A stretch of 42,828 bases of DNA, taken from assembly GCA_964507285.1 (NCBI GenBank), contig CAZDPH010000002.1:1-42828 (forward strand), given 5' to 3'. The position numbers and the translations under genes were made by a program. The notes under the pieces were generated by a model. It ran no database searches. It was not told where the DNA came from and saw nothing but the letters and a program-made list of their open reading frames with translations. The DNA comes from an uncultured Staphylococcaceae bacterium (lineage in GTDB: Bacteria; Bacillota_I; Bacilli_A; RFN20; CAG-826). How positions within the stretch are numbered: the first letter of the stretch is position 1; each line of letters begins with the position of its first letter. Of the stretch, positions 1-8,077 are shown one piece after another.

Positions 1-602
1 CTTTCGTGTGTATGTGCAGGCATTGTATTCCAAGCATTTCCTGGATGCAATACAGTTAAACCCATTGATAATTGAGCAGTATCTAAAACATCGCCATGAA
101 TAAATTGATTAATTGTTCTTTCATTTAAATGTTCTTGATCGCCAACATTTCTCTTAACTGCATTTTCCATTTTTAATAATTTAGTAGGATATGCTTTTTG
201 AGCTGGACATGAGCACATATAGAATTTAGCTGGATTTTTAGGATCTACAGAAGAAAATACAACTTCTTTAACTCCCATTCCAATATAAATACAATCTGTT
301 TTATCTAATTCATATGCAACACCATCTAAAGTAACGATACCTTTTCCAGCAATGTTGAATACACCCATTTCTCTTCTTTCTAAGAAATAATTTGCTCTTA
401 AAGCATCACCAGCTTCTAATTTTAAAGCTTTAGTGACAGGATAAGCTCCACCAGCAATCATTCTATCTTGATATGAGTAAGTTAAAGAAATTTCATCTTT
501 AACGAAAACGTTTTCAATTAAATAATTTTTTCTTAATTCTTCAGTTGTATAGTGTTTTGAATCATTAGGATGACTTACGTATCTAATATCTAATTCTTTC
601 AT
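1..602 (-). CDS. kduI: 4-deoxy-L-threo-5-hexosulose-uronate ketol-isomerase (KduI), first ~200 codons; 3' end runs off the window
   Basis: Own translation from ATG at 602-600: MKELDIRYVSHPNDSKHYTTEELRKNYLIENVFVKDE..MIAGGAYP..YFLERREMGVFNIAG, and at the window edge HPGNAWNTMPAHTHE. Colinear with E. coli KduI (YFLERRELGVINIGG, LWNTMPCHTHERR). Open-ended, so absent from the ORF track. Confidence 0.9.
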   Translation of the reverse strand, partial: MKELDIRYVSHPNDSKHYTTEELRKNYLIENVFVKDEISLTYSYQDRMIAGGAYPVTKALKLEAGDALRANYFLERREMGVFNIAGKGIVTLDGVAYELDKTDCIYIGMGVKEVVFSSVDPKNPAKFYMCSCPAQKAYPTKLLKMENAVKRNVGDQEHLNERTINQFIHGDVLDTAQLSMGLTVLHPGNAWNTMPAHTHE

Positions 603-611
603 TTATAAAAC

Positions 612-1637
612 CTATCTTTGAACTCTACCTGAAGCATCTCCACCCATAAGAGCTAATACTTCACTTTCACTAACACAGTTAAAATCACCAGGAATTGTAT
701 GTTTTAAAGCACTTGCAGCAACAGCAAATTCTAATGCTTTTGCTTGATCGCCATTAAATTTAATTAAACCATGAATTAAACCACCAGCAAATGAATCTCC
801 GCCACCAACTCTATCGATAATTGGATTAATATCGTAATGTTTTGATTCATAGAATTCTTTTCCGTTATAAATTAATGCTTTCCAACCATTATGTGTTGCA
901 CTATAAGATTCTCTTAAAGTTGAAACAACATATTTAAAGCCAAATTCTTTAGCCATTTGTTCAAAAATTGCATGATAACCAGCAGCATCTGTTTTTCCAC
1001 CAGTAACATCAGCATCTGGTTTAAAGCCTAAGCATAATTGAGCATCTTCTTCATTGCCAATACAAACATCAACATATTGCATTAATGGTTTCATAATTGA
1101 AATAGCTTTTTCGCTTGACCATAATTTCTTTCTGAAGTTTAAATCACATGAAACTGTAACATTATGTTTTTTAGCAGCAATTAAAGCAGCTTTTAAAATT
1201 TCAGCACTCTTATCTGAGATAGCTGGAGTAATTCCACTCCAATGGAACCATGTAGCACCTTCAAAAATCTTATCAAAATCAAAATCTGAGACACTTGCTT
1301 CAGCAATTGAAGAATTTTTTCTATCATAGATAACTTTTGAAGCTCTCATTGAAGCACCGGTTTCAAGATAGTAAATACCTAATCTTTCTCCACCACGAGC
1401 GATAAAATCTGTATGAACTCCATATTTTCTTAAAGCATTAACAGCACAATCGCCAATTTCGTGAGAAGGAACTTTTGAAACAAAATATGCATCATGTCCA
1501 TAATTTGATAATGAAACTGCAACATTTGCTTCTCCTCCACCATAATTAACATCAAAAACTTGTGATTGAACAAATCTTGAATTTAAAGGTGAAGATAATC
1601 TTAACATTATTTCACCCATTGTAACTACTTTAGCCAT
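612..1637 (-). CDS. kdgK: 2-dehydro-3-deoxygluconokinase (PfkB family)
   Basis: 341 aa. N-terminus MGEIMLRLS..GGGEANVAVSL and C-terminal DRVGGGDSFAGGL anion-hole/ATP motif are typical of KdgK. Sits between kdgA and kduI and overlaps kdgA by 8 nt. Confidence 0.9.
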   Translation of the reverse strand: MAKVVTMGEIMLRLSSPLNSRFVQSQVFDVNYGGGEANVAVSLSNYGHDAYFVSKVPSHEIGDCAVNALRKYGVHTDFIARGGERLGIYYLETGASMRASKVIYDRKNSSIAEASVSDFDFDKIFEGATWFHWSGITPAISDKSAEILKAALIAAKKHNVTVSCDLNFRKKLWSSEKAISIMKPLMQYVDVCIGNEEDAQLCLGFKPDADVTGGKTDAAGYHAIFEQMAKEFGFKYVVSTLRESYSATHNGWKALIYNGKEFYESKHYDINPIIDRVGGGDSFAGGLIHGLIKFNGDQAKALEFAVAASALKHTIPGDFNCVSESEVLALMGGDASGRVQR

Positions 1638-2253
1638 TTTTTCTTGTCTCCTTAATAATTGATCTTGCTTCTAAACAAACTTTCTTAATATCTTCAGCGC
1701 TTCCTTTAACTAACCAGCTTCCGCCACAAGCGACAATTTTTTTATTTTTAACAAATTCTGATAAATTGCTATTACTTACTCCGCCTGTAGGCATAAATTT
1801 AACTGTAGTAAATGCACTTCCTAAAGCATCAATTGCTTTTAATCCGCCAAATACTCCAGCTGGGAAGAATTTAACTGTTGTGATTCCTAAAGAAATTGCT
1901 TTCATAATTTCTGTAGGTGTAACAACACCAGGAAGATATGGAACATTATGAGCTTTACAAACTAATGCAACTTCTTCAGATAATCCTGGAGAAACAATAA
2001 ATTTTGCTCCACAGTGAATTGCTTCTTCACATTGAATTGCATTGATAACTGTTCCAGCACCAACTAAAACATCTTTACATTTTTCACTTGCGACTTTAAT
2101 ACATTCTGCAGCACATGGTGTTCTAAAACAAATTTCTGCAACTGGAACATCTCCATCCTTTAATGCGTTTAAAGTTGGAACAGTATCCTCTACATTATTT
2201 AAAACAACAACAGGTACTAAACCGATTTCATGAACTTGATCTAATAAATTCAT
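1630..2253 (-). CDS. eda: 2-dehydro-3-deoxyphosphogluconate (KDPG) aldolase
   Basis: 207 aa. GLVPVVV..AEICFRT..VGAGTV..FIVSPG..PGVVTPTE..VKFFPA..KFMPTGGV matches the Eda/KdgA class I aldolase layout. GGAGG SD lies 8 nt upstream. Confidence 0.9.
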   Translation of the reverse strand: MNLLDQVHEIGLVPVVVLNNVEDTVPTLNALKDGDVPVAEICFRTPCAAECIKVASEKCKDVLVGAGTVINAIQCEEAIHCGAKFIVSPGLSEEVALVCKAHNVPYLPGVVTPTEIMKAISLGITTVKFFPAGVFGGLKAIDALGSAFTTVKFMPTGGVSNSNLSEFVKNKKIVACGGSWLVKGSAEDIKKVCLEARSIIKETRKNG

Positions 2254-2303
2254 TTATAATAACCTCCGATCTATAATCTATTATATTATATAAAATTTTA
2301 TAA

Positions 2304-2315
2304 TTGTTGTATACA
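2304..2315 (-). promoter_or_regulatory. Candidate operator: TTGTTGTATACA (plus strand), containing the palindrome TGTATACA (extended TTGTATACAA)
   Basis: Lies about 50 nt upstream of the kdgA start and overlaps a plausible -35 (TATACA-17-TATAAT on the minus strand). The identical 12-mer recurs at 18477..18488 upstream of the transporter operon. Confidence 0.45.
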
Positions 2316-2353
2316 ATAAGAAAATTAAAAATGATTGTTTGTGTTAATAAAAT

Positions 2354-2379
2354 AAAAATCACACTTTCGTGTGATTTTT
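2354..2379 (-). terminator. Rho-independent terminator downstream of hup (bidirectional shape)
   Basis: aaaaatcacac-tttc-gtgtgattttt: perfect stem flanked by an A-tract and a T-tract, 8 nt after the hup stop. Confidence 0.7.
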
Positions 2380-2386
2380 TTATTAA

Positions 2387-2662
2387 TTATTTGTTTAATT
2401 CGTCTTTTAAAGTTTTACTAACTTTAAACCCAACGCCTTTCTTTGAAGGAATATGTACTTTAGCGCCTGTTTGAGGATTAACACCTTCTCTTTCACTTGA
2501 AACTTTTACTTTAAAAGTACCAAATCCAGGAACTGCAACAGCTTCACCATTTAATAAAGATTCACTTGTAGCTTCAAATACAGCTTTTAAGCTTTCTTCA
2601 GCATCTTTTTTTGATCCGCCTTTCTTTTCTGCAATTTTTGCAATTAATTCTGCTTTTGTCAT
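2387..2662 (-). CDS. hup: HU-family nucleoid DNA-binding protein
   Basis: MTKAELIAKIAEK..GFGTFKV..REGVNPQTG..IPSKK..FKVSK is classic HU. Start moved from the track's 2677 to the ATG at 2662-2660 because GGAGG sits 8 nt upstream of it (atggaggtcaaatttATG). Confidence 0.9.
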   Translation of the reverse strand: MTKAELIAKIAEKKGGSKKDAEESLKAVFEATSESLLNGEAVAVPGFGTFKVKVSSEREGVNPQTGAKVHIPSKKGVGFKVSKTLKDELNK

Positions 2663-2737
2663 AAATTTGACCTCCATTTTTTACTATTATAACATAATTT
2701 AATAAAAATAAATAAAAATTATATTATAATAAATATT

Positions 2738-3637
2738 ATGAAAATCATACATGTTGGAAAAAACTTTGAATTTAAAAGAATTAATGATTGTTTAAAAACA
2801 ATTAATTCTCCAACTTTAATTATTTTAGAAGATGAATTATATTTTGAAAAAGTAGTAATAGATAAAGAAAATGTCATTATTGATGGAAAAAATAAAGCTA
2901 CTATTGAATTTAATGACTACGCTAATAAAATACATAAAGATGGTAGAGAATACATAACATTTAGAACATATACGTGTTTAATAAAATCAAAAAATGTTAT
3001 TTTAAAAAACTTAACAATTAAAAATTCTATCGGAGAAGGTAAAGAAATTGGTCAAGCGGTTGCTTTACATTTATACAATGATAATATTACTTTAATAAAT
3101 TGTACATTAGATGCTTATCAAGATACATTATTTTGTGGTCCGTTTTCTCCTGATTTAATAGAAAGATATATTGATTTATTACCTGAAGACGAAAGAATTC
3201 ATAATGGGGAATTTCATAATAATTTTTATAATTGCACTATAAAAGGTACTGTGGACTTTATATTTGGAGGTGCAAGTGCTGATTTTATTAATTGTAATAT
3301 TGTAACTAAAAAAACAAATCGAATAACCTATATAGCAGCACCTGATCACGATAAAGAAAATGAACATGGTTTTAATTTTATTAATTGTAATATTTATAGC
3401 GACGATCCTAATGCTATTCAAAATACATATCTTGCAAGACCTTGGAGAGAATATGGGCTTGTCAGATTTATTGACTGTAATTTATCAAAACATATAAAAA
3501 AAGAAGGTTTTTCTATTTGGGAAGGCACCTCAAGACATGAAAATTGTAGATTTTACGAAATAAATTCTAAAGGCGAGGGAGCAATTGATAATAGTAAAAA
3601 TAGACCTTCATGGGCTCATATAATAAATGAAAAATAA
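2738..3637 (+). CDS. Pectinesterase (carbohydrate esterase family 8), no signal peptide
   Basis: 299 aa with the CE8 catalytic motifs QAVALH, YQDTLF, DFIFGG, LARPW. The N-terminus MKIIHVGKNFEF is not a signal peptide. Confidence 0.9.
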   Translation: MKIIHVGKNFEFKRINDCLKTINSPTLIILEDELYFEKVVIDKENVIIDGKNKATIEFNDYANKIHKDGREYITFRTYTCLIKSKNVILKNLTIKNSIGEGKEIGQAVALHLYNDNITLINCTLDAYQDTLFCGPFSPDLIERYIDLLPEDERIHNGEFHNNFYNCTIKGTVDFIFGGASADFINCNIVTKKTNRITYIAAPDHDKENEHGFNFINCNIYSDDPNAIQNTYLARPWREYGLVRFIDCNLSKHIKKEGFSIWEGTSRHENCRFYEINSKGEGAIDNSKNRPSWAHIINEK

Positions 3638-3666
3638 AATGTCGCGAATATTTCGCGACATTTTTT
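3636..3666. terminator. Bidirectional rho-independent terminator between convergent genes
   Basis: aaaatgtcgcgaa-tat-ttcgcgacatttt: GC-rich perfect stem with flanking A/T tracts, between the pectinesterase stop and the CE12 esterase stop. Confidence 0.75.
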
Positions 3667-4333
3667 AAATAATTTCTTTTAATAAATCTATTTTTTTAAT
3701 TTCATCAACTAATAATTCACAAATTAATCTAGCGCCTTTTTCTCTTAAATGTGTATTATCTTCTTTTCCTTCAGGATAATTTGGATAAATATCTTTATCA
3801 AAATTCATAAAATAATCTCTAGATTTTTTTTCTCCAATCTCTTCTAAAGCTTTTTTACTAATGGAAGTCATATCAATATAAATAATATTTTTCTTTTTTG
3901 CTAATTCTTCCATTGCTTTTGGATAATCATAATGACAAATAGGATCTAAAGTATGTTCATCAATAAATTTTCTTCGATAAATAGATGAAATTAATACAGG
4001 TTTAGCACCTTTTTTTAAAGCATAGTCAATATAATAAGATAATTGTTCTTGATAAGTAGTAAAAGGATCAGTATGTCTTTCTATATCTTCTTTTTCATCG
4101 TTGTGACCAAATTGAATAAATAAAAAATCACCATTTTCAATTGTATCTTCACAATATTTAAATAATCCTTCATTATAAAAACTTTTTGAAGATCTTCCAT
4201 TTTTTGCAAGATTAATTACTTTATATTTAGGGCTAATATATTCATTAAATAATTGACCCCATCCAGTTTGAGGATAAGTATCATCAAAGTTTCTTTGACA
4301 AGTAGAATCCCCAATTAAATATATCTTATTCAT
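3665..4333 (-). CDS. SGNH/GDSL hydrolase, rhamnogalacturonan acetylesterase-like (CE12)
   Basis: 222 aa. Block I IYLIGDSTC, GWGQ, block III FGHNDE, block V DNTHL, as in B. subtilis RhgT/YesT-type esterases. No signal peptide. Confidence 0.75.
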   Translation of the reverse strand: MNKIYLIGDSTCQRNFDDTYPQTGWGQLFNEYISPKYKVINLAKNGRSSKSFYNEGLFKYCEDTIENGDFLFIQFGHNDEKEDIERHTDPFTTYQEQLSYYIDYALKKGAKPVLISSIYRRKFIDEHTLDPICHYDYPKAMEELAKKKNIIYIDMTSISKKALEEIGEKKSRDYFMNFDKDIYPNYPEGKEDNTHLREKGARLICELLVDEIKKIDLLKEII

Positions 4334-5745
4334 TATCTTGATGAATCAAAGTATGCTTTAGCATTATTAAAGCAAATATCTTCGACAACTTTTCCTAAGA
4401 ATTCAATATCATTTGGATATTCACCATTTTCTACTAAATGACCTAATTTGTTACATAATATTCTTCTGAAATATTCATGTCTTGTATAAGATAAGAAACT
4501 TCTTGAATCTGTTAACATACCAACAAATCTAGATAATAATCCTAAGTTAGATAAAGCTGTTAATTGTTTTTCCATACCATCTTTTTGATCTAAGAACCAC
4601 CAAGCAGAACCAAGTTGCATTTTTCCTGGTACTCCTTCTTGAGTAAAGCAAAATGCTAAAGTAGCTAATACTTCATTATCACTAGGATTTAATGAGTATA
4701 AAATAGTTTTTGGCAATTCATTTGTAGAATCTAATTTATTTAAGATCTTTGATAAAGCTGGAGCAAAATTTCCATCATTAATAGAATCAAATCCTGTATC
4801 TGGACCAACTTTTTCCATCATTCTTCCAGAATTATTTCTTAAAGCTTTAATATGGTATTGTTGAACCCATCCATGATGAGAATATTCTTTTCCTAAAAAT
4901 ACAATAATATAACCTCTATATTGAGCAGCTTCACTAGAAGTTAAAGTTTCACCTTTTAATGCTTTTTTAATAATAGCATCAACTTTTTCAGGAGTTGTTT
5001 CTTCATAAACAACAACATCTAAAGCGTGATCTGAAACTCTACAATCATGATTATGGAAATATTCAATTCTTTCTTTTAAAGCTTTTTCTAAAGCTTTTAA
5101 ACCATCAATTTTATAACCAACTACTTCACTTAATTGAGCAATATAAGGTACATAAGAATTCCAATCAATATTTATAACTTTATCAGGTCTAAATGCTGGA
5201 TAAACATGCACTTTAAATGATTTATCTTCTTTTAATAATGCATGATAATGTAAATCATCGATTGGATCATCTGTTGTACAAAGAGTATCAACATTACTCA
5301 TTGAAATAATTTGTCTTGCAGACATATTTTTTAATTTTTCATTCATTGTATCATAAATTTTTTCAGCTGTTTTTGGAGAAAAAATATCCTTAATACCAAA
5401 ATAGTTATTTAATTCTAAATGGGTCCAATGATATAAAGGATTGCCAACTGTATATGGAATAGTTTCTGCCCATTTTAAGAATTTTTCTTTCTTTGAAGCA
5501 TCTCCAGTAATATATTTTTCACTAACGCCATTATTACGCATTGCTCTCCATTTATAATGATCTCCAAAATGACCTTCTACTAACCAAATATCTGTAGCAG
5601 ATTCAAATTTACGATCTTCATAAATTTCTTTAATTGGTAAATGACAATGATAATCATAAATAGGCATATGTTCAGCATAATTATGATATAAAGTTTTAGC
5701 AGTTTCTGTTTCTAATAAAAAATCTTTTCCTAAAAATTCTTTCAT
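4333..5745 (-). CDS. uxaC: Uronate (glucuronate/galacturonate) isomerase
   Basis: 470 aa. FLLETETAKTLYH..MPIYDYHCHL and C-terminal LSYTRHEYFRRILC are colinear with UxaC. Confidence 0.95.
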   Translation of the reverse strand: MKEFLGKDFLLETETAKTLYHNYAEHMPIYDYHCHLPIKEIYEDRKFESATDIWLVEGHFGDHYKWRAMRNNGVSEKYITGDASKKEKFLKWAETIPYTVGNPLYHWTHLELNNYFGIKDIFSPKTAEKIYDTMNEKLKNMSARQIISMSNVDTLCTTDDPIDDLHYHALLKEDKSFKVHVYPAFRPDKVINIDWNSYVPYIAQLSEVVGYKIDGLKALEKALKERIEYFHNHDCRVSDHALDVVVYEETTPEKVDAIIKKALKGETLTSSEAAQYRGYIIVFLGKEYSHHGWVQQYHIKALRNNSGRMMEKVGPDTGFDSINDGNFAPALSKILNKLDSTNELPKTILYSLNPSDNEVLATLAFCFTQEGVPGKMQLGSAWWFLDQKDGMEKQLTALSNLGLLSRFVGMLTDSRSFLSYTRHEYFRRILCNKLGHLVENGEYPNDIEFLGKVVEDICFNNAKAYFDSSR

Positions 5746-5746
5746 T

Positions 5747-6829
5747 TTATTTTCCTTCCCTTAATGTTTCTGAATAAAGCATGATAAATGGAGCACATCC
5801 TTTAACTTCATTTTCACTTATTTTTTCACTATAGTAATAATCTCTTGTACCATTTCTCTTTTCATTATCAAGTCCTGCAACTTGACAAATTCCACCTAAA
5901 GAATAATGGTTAGATGAATCTATTTTAAGATATTTTTTACAAATATTATTAAACATAGTGTTCCCTAATATTTTATAACCATCATCAATTAAATGTAATC
6001 TATTTGCTTTAATTAATGAATATGCCATCATAGCACTTCCACTTGTTTCTAAATAATTGCCTTTATCTTCTTTATGATCAATAACTTGATAAAGCATTGT
6101 ATATTCTTTATCTAAGTAAGGAATTAATCCATCAATCATCTCTTTATACATTTTTAAAAGCTCAATACTTGCATAATGGTCTTTACCCAATATTTCAATG
6201 ATATCAACAAGAGCCATCATACACCATCCACAAGCTCTACTCCATGAGTTTTCACTTTTGCCATCTTCTTTATTAGCCCATTGCATAATTTTTTGTTCAT
6301 CGTATGCATGAACATATAAATGACGTTTTTCATCATAGAGATATTTTCTAACATTACTAAATTGAGATAATGTATCTTCGATTACTTTATCGTTACCTCT
6401 TTTTAAACCTTCAATAATATAAAAAGGTTGCGCCATATATAATCCATCCATCCAAACTTGATATGGATATCTAGCTTTATGAAAGAAATTTCCACATTTA
6501 CAGCGAGGTTGTTCTTCTAATTGAGAATAAAATATATCAATTGCTTTTTTGAATTTTTCCTTATGTGTAATTTCATATGCCCAAGGAAGAACAAATGCAG
6601 CTTGGCAATCATCAGTAGAATAATCACTTTTTGGATATCCTAAAGCATTTCCTTCTTCATCAATAAATTTATCTAAATAATTTAATATAAAATCTTTATA
6701 ATAATCATTTTTAGTAGCGTTATACATATCGAGACTAGCTTTTAATAAAATACCATCTTCATAACACCATCTTTTTGCCTTATAAGGGACAAATTCATCA
6801 AAATATTGTTTAACAAATTCTTCTACCAT
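5747..6829 (-). CDS. Unsaturated rhamnogalacturonyl/galacturonyl hydrolase (GH105, YteR/YesR-like)
   Basis: RWCYEDGILLKA, DDCQAAF, VWMDGLYMAQPFY, CGWCMMAL resemble the GH105 (alpha/alpha)6 barrel. Start moved to MVEEF (ATG 6829) with AAAGGAG 8 nt upstream. This removes the overlap with the GntR ORF that the 6901 start would create. Confidence 0.8.
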   Translation of the reverse strand: MVEEFVKQYFDEFVPYKAKRWCYEDGILLKASLDMYNATKNDYYKDFILNYLDKFIDEEGNALGYPKSDYSTDDCQAAFVLPWAYEITHKEKFKKAIDIFYSQLEEQPRCKCGNFFHKARYPYQVWMDGLYMAQPFYIIEGLKRGNDKVIEDTLSQFSNVRKYLYDEKRHLYVHAYDEQKIMQWANKEDGKSENSWSRACGWCMMALVDIIEILGKDHYASIELLKMYKEMIDGLIPYLDKEYTMLYQVIDHKEDKGNYLETSGSAMMAYSLIKANRLHLIDDGYKILGNTMFNNICKKYLKIDSSNHYSLGGICQVAGLDNEKRNGTRDYYYSEKISENEVKGCAPFIMLYSETLREGK

Positions 6830-6842
6830 TTTATTCTCCTTT

Positions 6843-7493
6843 TTATTTAAAGTAATTAGGATATTTCTTTTTAACATTATCCATTCCTTCAAAACCAACA
6901 TTTAAATGTTCTTCAAATAATGATATTGCTTTTTTTACATCGTTATTTATTAATGAATTTAATAATTCCTTATGATAATTTAAAATAATTTTTAAATCAT
7001 CATCTCTTCTTAAATTTGACATAATTCTAAATCTATTAAGAGGAATTAATAAGTTATTAGCATATTCCCAAACTTCTTTTTTATTTGCAATTTCAAATAA
7101 AGTTTTATGAAATTCATTATCATTTTCGTATAATTTTCTAGATTTATCAATAGATTCATCTAATTTAATTATCTCTTCTTGGTTTTTTAATATTTCATTT
7201 AATAAAGATATTTTTTCATTATTAATGTTACCTACAATTTCATAATAAACCTTTTCTTCAATTGCTATTCTAATTGCTAAAGCATTAGAAATGTCTTTAG
7301 TATCAATTTTAGTAACAAAAGTGCCTTTTTTAGGTTTAACTTCTAATAATCCATCTTTTACTAATTGAATTATTGCACTTCTTACTGGAGTTCTAGATAA
7401 ACAAAATCGATTAACTAGTTCTTCTTCAGTAATTTTTGTACCTGGAATTATTTTACAATTTATTATTTCATTTAATAATGCTTCATAAATCAT
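6843..7493 (-). CDS. GntR-family transcriptional regulator with FadR-type C-terminal (FCD) domain; ExuR/UxuR-like by context
   Basis: 216 aa. Winged-HTH EEELVNRFCLSRTPVRSAIIQLVKDGLLEVKPKKGTFV followed by an all-helical roughly 140 aa domain. Embedded in the hexuronate locus. Confidence 0.85.
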   Translation of the reverse strand: MIYEALLNEIINCKIIPGTKITEEELVNRFCLSRTPVRSAIIQLVKDGLLEVKPKKGTFVTKIDTKDISNALAIRIAIEEKVYYEIVGNINNEKISLLNEILKNQEEIIKLDESIDKSRKLYENDNEFHKTLFEIANKKEVWEYANNLLIPLNRFRIMSNLRRDDDLKIILNYHKELLNSLINNDVKKAISLFEEHLNVGFEGMDNVKKKYPNYFK

Positions 7494-8077
7494 AATAATT
7501 CCCCTAAATTATTTTCTTCATATAAATAAATTAAAAATCTAGTTAAAAGTATATTTTTACCATTTTTAAGATTAATTCCACTTAATTCAGAGAATCTACT
7601 AATTCGATAATTTATAGTATTGCGATGAGTAAATAAATATAAGCTTGTATAATGAACAGATTCTTCAAAATCAATATATACTTTAGCAGTTTCAAATATA
7701 TATTTATCAACTTTAGAAAAAACATCTTTAACAAAATCTAAATTAATATCATTATTTTTATATTGTTGAAGTAATAATTCATATAAAGATAAATGACCTG
7801 ATTCATTAGATTTTAATACTAATTTCAAAGAATCTTTATAAAAAGGGGTTTCTACCAATAATAATTGATTTAAATTCAAATCATTCTTAATTGTTTTAAT
7901 AGAAAGACATATTTTTATAAAATCTTCTTTTTCAAGAGAACTTACTTTTATTAATCCGTCTTGAATTTTAGTCAAAGTAAAATCTTTATTAATAATTAAA
8001 AACATATATTTTTTCAATATTTCTAAATTATCGTATGTTTTATCAATTATTAAATAAGATTTTACTAAATTATTCAT
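7490..8077 (-). CDS. Short PucR/CdaR-type HTH protein (unrecognised N-domain plus C-terminal HTH)
   Basis: 195 aa. The C-terminus LFTHRNTINYRISRFSELSGINLKNGKNILLTRFLIY matches the PucR C-terminal HTH signature (H-RNT-x-YR-x4-E-x-G). ATGA overlap with the GntR gene and 8-nt overlap with the GH28 gene. Confidence 0.6.
   Translation of the reverse strand: MNNLVKSYLIIDKTYDNLEILKKYMFLIINKDFTLTKIQDGLIKVSSLEKEDFIKICLSIKTIKNDLNLNQLLLVETPFYKDSLKLVLKSNESGHLSLYELLLQQYKNNDINLDFVKDVFSKVDKYIFETAKVYIDFEESVHYTSLYLFTHRNTINYRISRFSELSGINLKNGKNILLTRFLIYLYEENNLGELL

Noticed and set aside
5747-6901. Longest-ORF N-terminal extensions: 5747..6901, 16631..17677, 2387..2677, 35859..37346 and 38191..39747
   Set aside because: In each case a downstream ATG is preceded by a clear GGAG-type SD at proper spacing. 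The extension would overlap the upstream gene and adds non-conserved residues (for example MLVLKEWIMLKRNILITLNKKENK before the GH105 core). Shorter starts were adopted instead.
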